Of a stretch of 64,000 nucleotides of DNA, positions 23,401-34,700 are shown in pieces. Position numbers and translations under genes: made by a program. Source of the stretch: Callorhinchus milii (taxonomy: Eukaryota); contig NW_024704749.1 in NCBI RefSeq assembly GCF_018977255.1, forward strand, positions 7,626,001 to 7,690,000, read 5' to 3'. Under the pieces are notes generated by a model. The model saw nothing but the letters and a program-made list of their open reading frames with translations. It ran no database searches and had not been told where the DNA came from. Numbering within the stretch: the first letter of the stretch is position 1; every line of letters begins with the position of its first letter.

Positions 23401-26400
23401 TGTCCTAAACTATCTATGTATTAAATCCCATGTTATTTCCTGAAAGGAAACTAACTAATCTGTGTTTGAAAGAATCAACATTTCCTGCTTCAACGGTCTC
23501 CCTAGGGAGCCTGTTCCAAAGCTTCACTATTTGTTCACTGTAATAGTGTTTGCGTAGATTCTTTCTGAATTTACCCCCGTTCAATTGCAGGGCATATCCT
23601 CTGGTTTTACTATTCTGAACAAGTTGAAACAACCTGTCATGATCTATATTATCTTGCCCCTTTAGAATCTTAAATACAGCAATCATGTCGCCTCTCAATC
23701 TTTTTTCCCCAGCGTGAACATGCCCAATTTATTTAGTTGCTCCTCATTATCCAGTCCTTCCATTCTCTCAATCATCTTGGTGGCTCTCTTCCATATCTTC
23801 TCAATTTCTTCAATATCGTTTTTGTATCTGGGCAGACCCGAAGTGTACACAGTACTCTATATATAGCCTCACCAATGATTTATACAGTGGCAGGTTTACC
23901 CCTCTATTTTGGCTGCTATTGATCTTTTGATACATCCCAACATCTGGTTTGCTTTACTCACTACCACAGAGCATTGTTAGAAGAGCTTCAATTTATTGTC
24001 AATCAGGATCCCCAGGTCCATTTCATTTTCCAAACATATTATTTTTTCTACCTAGGTGAATAACTTCACACTTCCCCACATTAAATTCCATCTGCCACCT
24101 ACTCGCCCACTCCCCTAGCCTACCTATATCCCATTGCAATCTTTTTGCATCATCCTCAGAGCTTACTCTCCCACCTACTTTAGTGTCATCCGCGAATTTA
24201 GATACGTTACATTCAATATCCTAGTCTAGATCATTGATGTAAATTGTAAATAGCTGAGGCCCAAGCACTGATCCCTGTGGCACTCCACTAGTCACATCCT
24301 ACCAATTCAAGAATGACCCGTTTATCCCTACTCTCTGTTTTCTACCCGTTAGCCACTCTTCAATCCATGCTAATATGTTCCCATTAATCCTGTGGGTCTT
24401 AACCTTGTGCCATAGCCTTTTGTGTGGCACTCTGTCAAATGCCTTTTTAAAATCTAAATATACTACATCTACTGGTTCCCCCCTATCTAACCTGCTAGAT
24501 ACATCTTCAAAAAACTCTAAAAAATTAGTTAAGCGTGACTTCCCTTTTGTAAAGCCATGTTGACTCTGCCTAATCTTGTTATGGACTTGATTATAGCGCG
24601 CATTCAGATATAGCACCTTTAATTCTGACTTCAGGCTATTAGTCCTATTCACCAGTACCCTATCCCTGGGCTTCCTTTCCCCGCTTGACACACTTTGCTC
24701 ATCTCCCTGGTTAATCTGCTCTCCCACTTCCATCAGTCCTAATTTTAATTGTGACGGATTACATGTGATTGAATTTACCCCCCCTTAGTAGTTTAAAGCC
24801 AAAATTTAAATCTGCCACCAATCTGCCCAATTCCCAAGTATGTTCAAATACTCCTGCAACCTATCTTGTTCAGCTTCACAATCTACCACCTTCATTAGCT
24901 TGGTGTCATAGGCAAACTTAGGCATTTTGCTTGCAACTCCTTGTTCCAGATCATTTATAAAAATATTGAACAAAAGAAGTCCCAAAACACACCCTTGGGG
25001 AACTCCACTGGTAACATTTTCCCAGTCTAATGACATTCCCTGCACCACCACCCTCTGGGTTCTTCCAGTCAACCAATTGTGTATCCATTGTAATATAGAT
25101 ATAGCGTACATAATATAGTGGCTTCAGATAAACCTCTGTACACAGATGTCTATCCAAGTTACATGCCACAGTACAGTGGCTAGCACAGCTCCTAACAGAC
25201 AAGGAATTTGCTGCAGGATAAATTAATTTGTCGTCATCGTCATTTATTTTGCCAAACAGATGGTGGAATGTCTCAAACGTCCTCGCTTCCCAATCCTGAC
25301 GTAAAAAAGGGGAGCACCTGTGGGATCGATTAAGCGGTGAAACGTAAACAGCCAACAGATATGTGGTGTACATGTGCCTCTGCCCCACACCCACCCTCCT
25401 GCTCCAGCTACTGCACTATTGCACTATTATCCATACCACCCCCTGCCTCTTTTGTTGATACCTGTGGTATAGGAAAGGAGGTTGGTTGAAGAGCATTTTC
25501 TCGACCAAAGTCGATCATTGTTCCACACTTTGCAATGTCCTCGTTCCACACACCACTGTAGAATTGGCCTTTCTCGAAGTAAAAAAACTTCCCTTGTCCG
25601 TGCTTCTTCCCATCTTTCCAGGAACCTTCGTAGCGGTTTTCGTTGGCTGTGTACAAAAAAGAGTGTGGGGAGGGTTGGACTGTTAAATTGCAGCACTTTT
25701 CCAAGGTGATGGGTTTCAGCAGATACATACACAGCAAGTAACTCCCAATGCTAAAAATATTGTTCATCCTAAGAACAGCCAAACTAAAGTTTTGTATCAT
25801 TCCCTCCCTTGCCTCCTTCAAGGCGTGTCTCAAGACCCTGCTCTTTGACCACGCTTTTGGTCACCCTCCTACCCCCATCCTCCCTGCCCTCCAACTTTCC
25901 TGATCCCAACCCACAGCTCAGGTTCAAATCTCTGATTGTCCAGCGCATTGAGACATGCTCCTGAAGCGAAAGACGGTGTGTAAATGTAATTTGTTGTTGT
26001 TGTTGATATTTGTCCTGTTGCAAAGTTAGAAAATACTGCTCAGTTTGTTTAGCTGTAGGAAACGCTGTACAAAACACAACTCACGTAGGCGAAGCATCCC
26101 ATAACCGTTGGGCTTGTCATTGAGCCACTCTCCTTCGTACACACTGCAGTCTGTGAAATACATCCTCCCCCAACCACTTTTCTTCCCATTGAACCAGTAG
26201 CCCTCGAAAAGTTCTTCATCCGAACTGAAGTTTGTTCCAAAACCCTGGAGGAAAAATTGACAACAACTCTATCCTCACAGGATCACAACCCTCTATATCA
26301 AGAAATGTTTCTGATCTCATTTCTAAACATTCCCCCTTCCGCCTCTCCCTGGACACGAAGTGTTACCTGTGATGTAAAAATAGCTTGGTTAATCTGACAG

Positions 26401-29400
26401 CTACCCGGGGAGCAAAGCATTATTTCCCCGGCTCTTCCACACTGCCAACTCTCATTTTCCTGGCAATTTATTACCCCGGCAAATAATTGTCTGCTGACGC
26501 TTAATAATAATAATAATAATAATCCTTGCATTTGATATAGCGCTTTTCACGTCGGGAGGACGTCCCAAAGCGCTTCACAGAACACACTGTAAAGTGAATT
26601 GACTGTATATTTGTGGGCGAACGCGGCAGCCAATTGCGCACAGCAATGTCCCACAAACAGTCGTAGATTGAAAATGACCAATTTATTATTGTTTTTGGTT
26701 TTGGAGGGATTATTATTAGGCGTCTGTGTCTATCCCCTTCTCCCCGTTGCTCGTTTGTGAAAGTGCATATGTAGAGTAAATCCTCTACTCTCCAAGTATT
26801 AATCCTCCCATCTATCTATCTATCTCCCTTTTCAGCCTCCCAATCAATTCTCCTTCATCATTGCTACAAGTCATTACCCAATCTGCTAGGATCCATGCCA
26901 GCCATCAGTCTCCACTCACCTGTCTCTTCCCATGTTTCCATTCTCCTGAATATACTTTTTTGTATTCCCCGGTTGCTGGATCTGGAATACTGTATGTTCC
27001 AAAGCCATTTCTCTTCCCATTCTCCCAATCGCCATCGTATCTGGCTCCATTAACTTTCCAGATTTGGGTTCCCTTTCCTGTCGAGATCAAGTGACAAATG
27101 AACAGAGCAAGGGCAAGATATTTTAATACTTGACCGTTCACAATCTCTTGCTGCAGCTGAGCTGTAACATAAACTGTGGTCAGAATGGAACCTAAATATA
27201 GTAAATACTTGCACTTGATATGGTGCTTTATCATTTCAAAACATCTCAAAGCGCCGCACTTGACATTGAAGGGGTTTTGAGACGTTTTGATTTGACAAGG
27301 TTCTAGGAAAATGCTCTCTCTTTTACTGTGATGAATTGCTTTTTACCAATTTGTGCGCAGTGAGGTCCCACAAACCTTGAAGTGAATAACCAAATTATCG
27401 GAACCTGGGTTTAAGGTCTCGTCCGAAGAATGGCAGCACCGATAACACAACACTCCCTTTAGTATTGTGCTGGAGCTTCTGCCTATACTGAGACTCACGT
27501 CCCTGATGCGGGGGCTTCAAACTCAAACCTCTGAACCGCAGGCGAGACTGCTACCAAACACACCAACCTGACGATTAAAAAATAAATATATGTTTTCATT
27601 GTAACCAATTTAAAACTTTTGAGAGTTTTTTTGATCATTTGTATTTTTGTTCAAGAAGAAAAAGCAGAATGAGAAGCCTTGAGAAGAAAATTGAACGGGT
27701 ATGGGGGGGGGGGGGGAGATAAAGCACTCAGGAGCCCCCTCCATAGGATTTATAGCTCCAATGCACCATGTTCCTCAAATCACTGTGTTGCTCGTGTGCT
27801 GAGAATTGGCACAGAATTAAAGTGGGTGTTCAAAATAATGCAAGAGACTTTCTGCCCGGGTCAACTAACTGGTTTCGCCCAAAGCGTTCACTTCTTATTG
27901 TTGCCATTTTAACCCTTTGTTATCTCACTTTCGATGAGCTTATAATATATAATATAATAATATCATCCTTGCATTTGAATACAGGGCCTTCATCACGTCG
28001 TTAAGACATCTCAAAGCACTTCACAGAATATACTGTAAAGTGGAGTGACGGTGTAATTTATGAGCGCTTAATCTGTAGATACTTTTTGCCGGGTTGATGA
28101 CAAACAGATTTCACTTTCGCTCCTCCTCTCTCATCAAGAAGGCGCAGACTTGGTGCAGGGCCGCCGATTCACAGGTACCAGTCGTTAAGTCTGCTGCCCC
28201 CCCCCCCCACCCCCATAAACCTGCCATTCTCTGTGCATTAGCCTGGGACACCGAGTGTTGGTAAGATATTCAATATTATTCAGCATGATCCAGAATGAGA
28301 CAGGCCAATTCTCCAATTTCTACAACAGCCAAGTGACAACATACCATGGAACAAACCTGGGAACACCAGGCCTGGCTATCTATATCTCTCTCTCTCCCTC
28401 TCTCTCTCTCTCTCTCAGGCGATGTCTTTGGCATGCAGACACGCTGCCAAGTTTCCCTAACTTTTTCTGCAGATAAGGCAGACTTGGCGTGAAGACGAGC
28501 GCAAAGGTCGCCCATCGTTGGTCTGATATTCCGCTTGGGAGCCACTCTTTTTTTAACTGCAGTTGATTATAATCGGGTGCATTTCAATTGTGATACTTAG
28601 CCCAAGTAACACCGTAACGGGATTTTTAGTCTGGGCTTTAAGAGCTTAAGAGCTAACGTCCCTAAAGTTAGGGAAACTTAGAAGCAGGTCTTGTAAATAC
28701 AGTACTCGTTTATCATTAGTAAGTGAGAGTAGTCACCCTCCACATCTGGGTAACTCCCCTTTTTTGGGAGGTGTGGGGGAGAAATCAAAGGAGTGGGGGG
28801 GGAGAAGTCAAGTGGGGGGGGGGAGGGAATAAGGGGGAAGGATGAACAAAGGCGGTAAAAAGGAGGAAAAAAAGAAAAAAATTGTTTTAGAAACATTAGG
28901 GGAAATGGGGAGAGAGAAATGTGGCAGATGGAGGGGAGAGAAGGAGGGGAGAGAAGGAGGGGAAAGGGTAAGGTTGGAAAAGGGTAGAAAGGGAACAGGG
29001 GAACAGGAGGAAAATGGGGGAGAAGAGAGGGGGAAATGGGGGGTAGAAGAGAGGGGGAAATGGGGGGAGAAGAGAGGGGGAAATGGGGGGGAGAAGAGAG
29101 GGGGAAATGGGGGGAGAAGAGAGGGGGAAATGGGGGGGAGAAGAGAGGGGGAAATGGGGGGTAGAAGAGAGGGGAAATGGGGGGGAGAAGAGAGGGGGAA
29201 ATGGGGGGGAGAAGAGAGGGGGAAATGGGGGGGAGAAGAGAGGGGGAAATGGGGGGGAGAAGAGAGGGGGAAATGGGGGGGAGAAGAGAGGGAGAAATGG
29301 GGGGTAGAAGGGGAAATGGGGGGAGAAGAGAGGGGGGAAATGGGGGAGAAGAGAGGGGGAAATGGGGGAGGGGGGGGGGAGAAGAGGAGAAAAAGGGAAA

Positions 29401-29577
29401 GGGGAAAAGAAGGGATGGAGGCCCCGACCCACCGTGTTTCTTGTTGTCCCGCCATTCCCCCGTGTACTCGTCGCCGTTGACCGAGTAGACGGTGCGTTTG
29501 AGGCCGTTCTTCTGCGCCTTTCGGTCCCACTCCCTCCACAGGGTCTGCGGGTTGGTGCGAGGCCTGAGGAAAGGCAT
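20379..29577 (-). CDS. MORN3: MORN repeat-containing protein 3, complement join(29433..29577,26920..27077,26085..26244,25462..25646,20379..20456), 241 aa
   Basis: MPFLRPRTNPQTLWREWDRKAQKNGL..., serial YxGxWxxGKxxGxG MORN repeats, AKCGTMIDFGR; phases 1/0/1/0 are consistent. Confidence 0.95.
23345..25095 (-). mobile_element. Cluster of nested or rearranged CR1 LINE fragments in MORN3 intron 4
   Basis: RGDMIAVFK, QHGFTKGKS, YLDFKKAFDRVPH, SGVPQG...FINDL...KFAYDTK, LKVLYLNAR peptides. Confidence 0.9.
25462..25646 (-). CDS. MORN3: MORN3 coding exon 4
   Basis: NENRYEGSWKDGKKHGQG...FPIPQ|GT. Confidence 0.95.
26085..26244 (-). CDS. MORN3: MORN3 coding exon 3
   Basis: GFGTNFSSDEELFEGYWFNGKKSGWGRMYF...GMLRL; AG/GT boundaries. 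Confidence 0.95.
26502..26720 (-). mobile_element. 5'-truncated young SINE in MORN3 intron 2
   Basis: Nearly identical to 30052-30270. Confidence 0.88.
26920..27077 (-). CDS. MORN3: MORN3 coding exon 2
   Basis: KGTQIWKVNGARYDGDWENGKRNGFG...KRQ|GTGAGT. Confidence 0.95.
29005..29385. repeat. ~24-bp G-rich minisatellite (GGGGGAAATGGGGGGGAGAAGAGA)n in MORN3 intron 1
   Basis: Direct tandem array. Confidence 0.92.
29433..29577 (-). CDS. MORN3: MORN3 coding exon 1
   Basis: ATG...NKKH G|GTGGGT; 145 nt. Confidence 0.93.
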
Positions 29578-29770
29578 GGTCTGCGGCTCCGACCGGTTGG
29601 CCCACCCCCCCACCCCCCAAAAAAAAAAGCGAGTGTACACGACGAAAGATTACTGCATGTCCTGCCCGCCCTGCCACTAATAGTCTTGAAGTAACAAAGC
29701 CCCTTTTTGCACCAGTAATTTTGTACCAACAATCCCAGGCCTGACTGACGCCACCGAGGCGCTAGGCCGC

Positions 29771-29784
29771 GTCGCCATGGCAAC
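29771..29784. promoter_or_regulatory. RFX X-box in the MORN3 promoter
   Basis: GTCGCCATGGCAAC, one mismatch from the palindrome GTTGCCATGGCAAC, ~195 bp upstream of the MORN3 ATG. Confidence 0.75.
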
Positions 29785-30051
29785 GGGATGCGACCTGGTG
29801 GGAGGCGCCTGAGTTGGCGGCGTTTAACCCTTAACTCCAGATTCGGTCCCTTTATCATCACACACACTACACACACACGGTTGAAGAGCGAGGTCTTCAA
29901 GGCCGGCCTGAAGACGGAGAAGGAGTGGGGCGGGGAGTGGGGGTGGGGGGGTGCAAGGTGGAGGGATTGAGCGAGAGCGTTCCTGAGTTTCGGGGCCGTA
30001 GTGGCGGACAGCGCGGCCACCGACGGCGCCTCTGTCGTGTCCATCGCACTT

Positions 30052-30729
30052 TAATAATAATAATAATAATAATCCTTGCATTTGATATAGCGCTTTTCAC
30101 GTCGGGAGGACGTCCCAAAGCGCTTCACAGAACACACTGTAAAGTGAATTGACTGTATATTTGTGGGCGAACGCGGCAGCCAATTGCGCACAGCAATGTC
30201 CCACAACCAGTCGTAGATTGAAAATGACCAATTTATTATTGTTTTTGGTTTTGGAGGGATTATTATTAGGGCTGTGTGTGGAGTAAGGAAACTTGCCCAA
30301 GGTTTCGCCCTTTGCCTGGAATTGAACTCAGGTCTCTCGCTTGCAAAGCGAGTGCTCTAACCACTGAGCTACAGGACTCCACTTTGGACTCTTGTTCGGA
30401 ATAATAATAGCAATAATAATAACCCTCGCATTTGATATAGCGCTTCTTCACGTCGGGAGGACGTCTCAAAGGGCTTCACGGAATACACTGTACAGCGAGT
30501 TGGCTGTATGTTTGCGGGCGAACGCGGCAGCCACTGGCGCACAGCAGTATCCCACAAAGAGTCGTAGATTGAAAATGACCAATTTATTATTGTTTTGGAG
30601 GGATTATTATTAGGGCTGTGTGGGGAGTAAGGAAACTTGCCCAAGGTTTCGCCCTGACCTGCCTGGATTTCAACTCAGGTCTCTCGCTTGCAAAGCGAGT
30701 GCTCTGACCGCTGAGCTACAGGACTCCAC
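30052..30729 (-). mobile_element. Two tandem full-length short-subfamily SINEs (30052-30382, 30400-30729)
   Basis: Head-to-tail copies of the same ~330-bp element. Confidence 0.9.
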
Positions 30730-31499
30730 GTTTGCCTCGGGACGCCGCCGCAGCTCTTTGGGATGTCCGCCGACTTGAAAGGCGCTATATGAATGCAATT
30801 TGTGTTGTTTGAGCTCCCAGTCGGGGGGGGACTTTGGGCTCACAGTCCAGGCTGACGCTCCGTCACTGTACTGGGCCTGCGCGTGTGTGCGTGTGTGTGT
30901 GTGGGCGCACATTCTGGTGGAAGGAAAAGGAAACTCTTCGCACGGAGGGTTGTCGAGCCATGGAGCCGGCAACAATTGGGAGGTTTCAACAACAACAACA
31001 ACAACAAGATTCCATTTATTGAGCGCCTTTCACGTCGGGAGGACGTCCCAAGGCGCTAAAAGGGAGCTCTGACAGATAGTTGGGACCGTAAAACGAGGGG
31101 CATTAAGGGGAACAAGGGTAGGGACGGGATTACAAGGTCTGCCACGATACGACGACTTCCATTTTCACGGTGCCTTTCCCACAGGGCAGCGCCCTCGAGC
31201 GCTAATCTGATTGACCGGCAGAGCGGGCTCGAAAGGGCAGAGTGGCCTCCTCCTGGGCCCGTGGGTGAAAAAAGGGGGGAAGCGTTGCCCGAGAAAAATT
31301 CCAACGGGCGGAAGCGGGGAGAAGGGGAAGCGGTGAAGAGGAAAAAGGAGGGTGGGAGGTTGTGGGTGGGGGGTGGGTGGTGGTGGGGGGGGGGGGAAGA
31401 AAGAAGATTAGGAAGAGGGGGGGGGGAAAAAAAAGGGGGAACGCCCCCCACTCGGAAACTCTCCAGTTGCAGCAACTGTGAGGAGGGGTTCGTGTCTGT

Positions 31500-31720
31500 A
31501 CGCCGGTGACGTCAGAGAGGGAGGAGCGAGAGGGGAGGCGCATGCGCGACTGCTCAGCCGGCGCGGGCGGTGGGGGGGGGGTGGGAGGCGGAGCGTGGAA
31601 GAGTGCGCATGTGCGGCGGCTGCGGGGTGTGGTCGTGGGGGGGACGACGTGGGGGACGACGGGAGGCCAAGCGGAGCGGGGACTGCGCGCATGCGCGTGC
31701 GGCCCGACGGAGCCCGGACA
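31500..31720 (+). promoter_or_regulatory. TMEM120B CpG-island promoter: CRE plus three NRF1 motifs
   Basis: TGACGTCA 31507-31514; GCGCATGCGC 31538-31547 and 31687-31696; TGCGCATGTGC 31604-31614; GC boxes. Confidence 0.75.
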
Positions 31721-31783
31721 ATGTCAGGGGCGCGGGCCGAGGCTGAGTGGCAAGAACTGGAGCAGGAGTTCAAACAGCTGCAG
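31721..31783 (+). CDS. TMEM120B: TMEM120B exon 1
   Basis: ATG in a CpG island; CAG|GTAAAT. Confidence 0.92.
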
Positions 31784-34700
31784 GTAAATGGGTTCCGAGG
31801 GCGGGCGGGCGAGGGGGGGGTGGGGGGTCAGAAGAGAGGCAGAGACCCCCACCCACCCAACCAACCAACCAACCACCCCTCCCCTCCTCCTCCTCACACT
31901 CCCGCCCGTCCGCCCGCCCTGAGGCGTCGGGGTCTCCAGGGGTGGGAGTGAGGCTTTGTCTTGGGGAGCCCTGCAGGTAGGCCTCACGCCCGCCCCCCCC
32001 CCTCCCTCCCTCCATTACTCATCGACTCCCCTCGAGAGAGAGAGAGAGAGAGGATGGGAGAGAGCGGGGTCCACCGTTGACTGCTGGGCTTCGCACAGAC
32101 AGACAGTCAAGACAGACAGACAGACAGACAGACAGAGAGAGAGAGAATATTCCTTGCATTTGATATAGTGGTTTCTCAGGTCGTTGAGACGTCCGTCTTG
32201 AAGCGCTTCACGGAGTTTGACTGTAAAGTAACGTTGACTGTGTGTTTTGTGGACGGAGCGCGGCCGCCGATCGTGCGCAGCAGTGTCCCAGAAACGGCCT
32301 CGGATGGGATTGGGTGACCACATTGTTATAAAAAAAATTTGGAGGTCTTATTACCCCCGGAAAGGGATTCGCCAATCGACTTTCTGACAACCGTGTTCCT
32401 ACTTATTGCGAGGTAAACAGGCGTGCGGAGTAAGGAAACTTACCCAAGTTTTACCCTGACCGGGAATCAAAACGTCTTCAGTCGCTGTGTGTAATTACTG
32501 GCCTTTTGTTACAGGAAACACACAAGGTGTACAGACAAAAACTCGATGAACTCACCAACCTCCAGACTATATGCAACAGCTCCATAAATAAACAGAAAAA
32601 GAGGATAAAGGATCTGGCCTTCAGTCTCCAAAAGTAAGAAGTTTCCCCGCACAAAGCTGTTATTCATTTCGTCTCTTGAATCGCTTTGTAAGAAGTGAGA
32701 AATTGTAGCGCCCGGCTCGGGTTCAAACATGCAGCCTTCTGCTTCTGTATGGTCCAATGTTGCATTAGACGGTCTGTTTAATCCCTAACCAGCAGGAGAA
32801 AACCATAAGAAGTACTCATTATAACACAGTATAATTCCCCTTCAAGTTTAATCCACAAAGTTCTGTTACCCCATGTTTTTTTCCTACAGTGCACTGGCCC
32901 AACAACTGAAACGTGGAAGAATTATGATAATTGTATTTAGAAGTACTTAATTGTGTTCTGTAGAAGTATTTTACAGTACTTAGCCGTCCAGAGGATCGGT
33001 GTGTGTGAATGCCATAATTTTCATGGGTGATATTGATCTGTTACCATGTTCGGTGTGTGATCTTCTGTAACATGGATGGAGACTCAAGCAGTGATCGAGG
33101 CTCCATTCTATTAAGTTTAACCTTATTCGCCTAAAGTATGCAAAAATATCACCTATTGATTGTCGCTGTATAGGGTAATTGTTTGGTCATCAGTGCAAAA
33201 GGGTTAAGACTTCTTTTTAACTGCAGGTACAAACGCACTGCCAATGCAGATGAAGCCCAGGTTATACAGGAAATTAATAATAACATTAAAGAGAGGCAAA
33301 ATGTTTTCTTCGATATGGAGGCTTTCTTGCCCAAGAAGAATGGGTAAGTTCTTTTTCCAGTTCTTAAAAAAAATTAAATACATATATAGTGCAGTGGTTA
33401 GAGCGCTCGCCTCACAAATGAGAGTGCCAGGGTTTGATTCCCGGGCGGGGTGAAACCTTAGGCAAGTTTCCTTATTTCACATGCTTCTTATTTACCAAGC
33501 AGTAAGTAGGAACTCGATTGGCAGATTGCTTTCCAGTGGTAATAATCCCTCAAAAATTGGTTTGAATCACTCCATGAATGTTTGTGGAATGTTTGTGCTG
33601 TGCGCAATTGGCATCTGCGTTTCGCCTACAAAATACACAATCGAGTCACAGTCAATATTTACTGCATTGAGACGTCTCAAAGGCGAGATAAGGCGCTATA
33701 TCAAATTCAAGGATTATTAGAATAAATATATATGTGTGTGTGTGTGCGTGGCTACTATTGATGACATTCTCCTTGGTATGCAATTATCTGGAACAATGCG
33801 CACCATGTTCCAGGTCAGGCTGTGCCTATTTTTTTGTTCCAAATGTCCAGCTTTGATCTTATCAATAAAGGGACTCGTAATGCGACAGACCATGTGTGTT
33901 GTGTTCATGTTATCTGTGGAGCCGCTGTGTTTCAATGAGCTTTTCCTTCTCTTGTTCCTTTTAGGTTGTACTTGAACCTGGTGCTTGGAAATGTGAATGT
34001 AACTCTTCTCAGCAAACAGGCCAAGTAATTTCAATTTTAGCTTTTAGTCACCATTTGACGGTTGCGTCTGGGGAGAAGGAGACCGTTTCCGCGCTGCTGC
34101 TGCTGCCTGTTTGTTTTTCCCACTAGTCATCCTTTTTATTATTAATCCCTCTTCCCAGTTCTTTTGCCCTGTGTCGCTCGATATTTTTAGTGCTTGTGAG
34201 CATTCAAGCGCTCTGGGATGCTACCCTGCTTGAGGGGCACTATATAAATGCTGATTTGTTGTTGATTTTGTTGATCCTGCCTCCATAAACTATTTGCATT
34301 AATGAATCACACACCCCACAACAACCCACTGAGTGAAAAAAAAATCCTTCTGACCTGAACAATTTTTTTTTCCTTTTTACCCTGGTAGCACTCTTGCCTT
34401 GTGAGTCAGAAGGTTGAGATTTCAAGTCCCACTTCAGGCTTTGAACTTGTATGACCCTTCAATGCTGCGCTGAGAGTGCTGCTTTCTCGAAAATGCCTAC
34501 CTTTGGATGAGACTTTTAAGATGAGGTCCCCCCTGTGCCTGTTCAGGTGGATGTTAAAGATCCCATGGCACTATTCAAAAGCACAAGGGGGAGTTTCTCC
34601 TCGTGTTCTGGTCCCCCCCCCCCCCCCCGAGAAAAAAATGGTTATTCACATCCTGGCGGTTTGTGGGACATTGTGCCTCCAAATACAGTCTCTAAACTTT

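Noticed and set aside
28678-30044. Pro-rich 289-382 aa ORFs
   Set aside because: Read-through from MORN3 exon 1 or other frames into the intronic G-rich minisatellite
31691-31720. In-frame upstream ATG extending TMEM120B by 10 aa
   Set aside because: The ATG is part of an NRF1 GCGCATGCGC motif; homology begins at MSG (31721)
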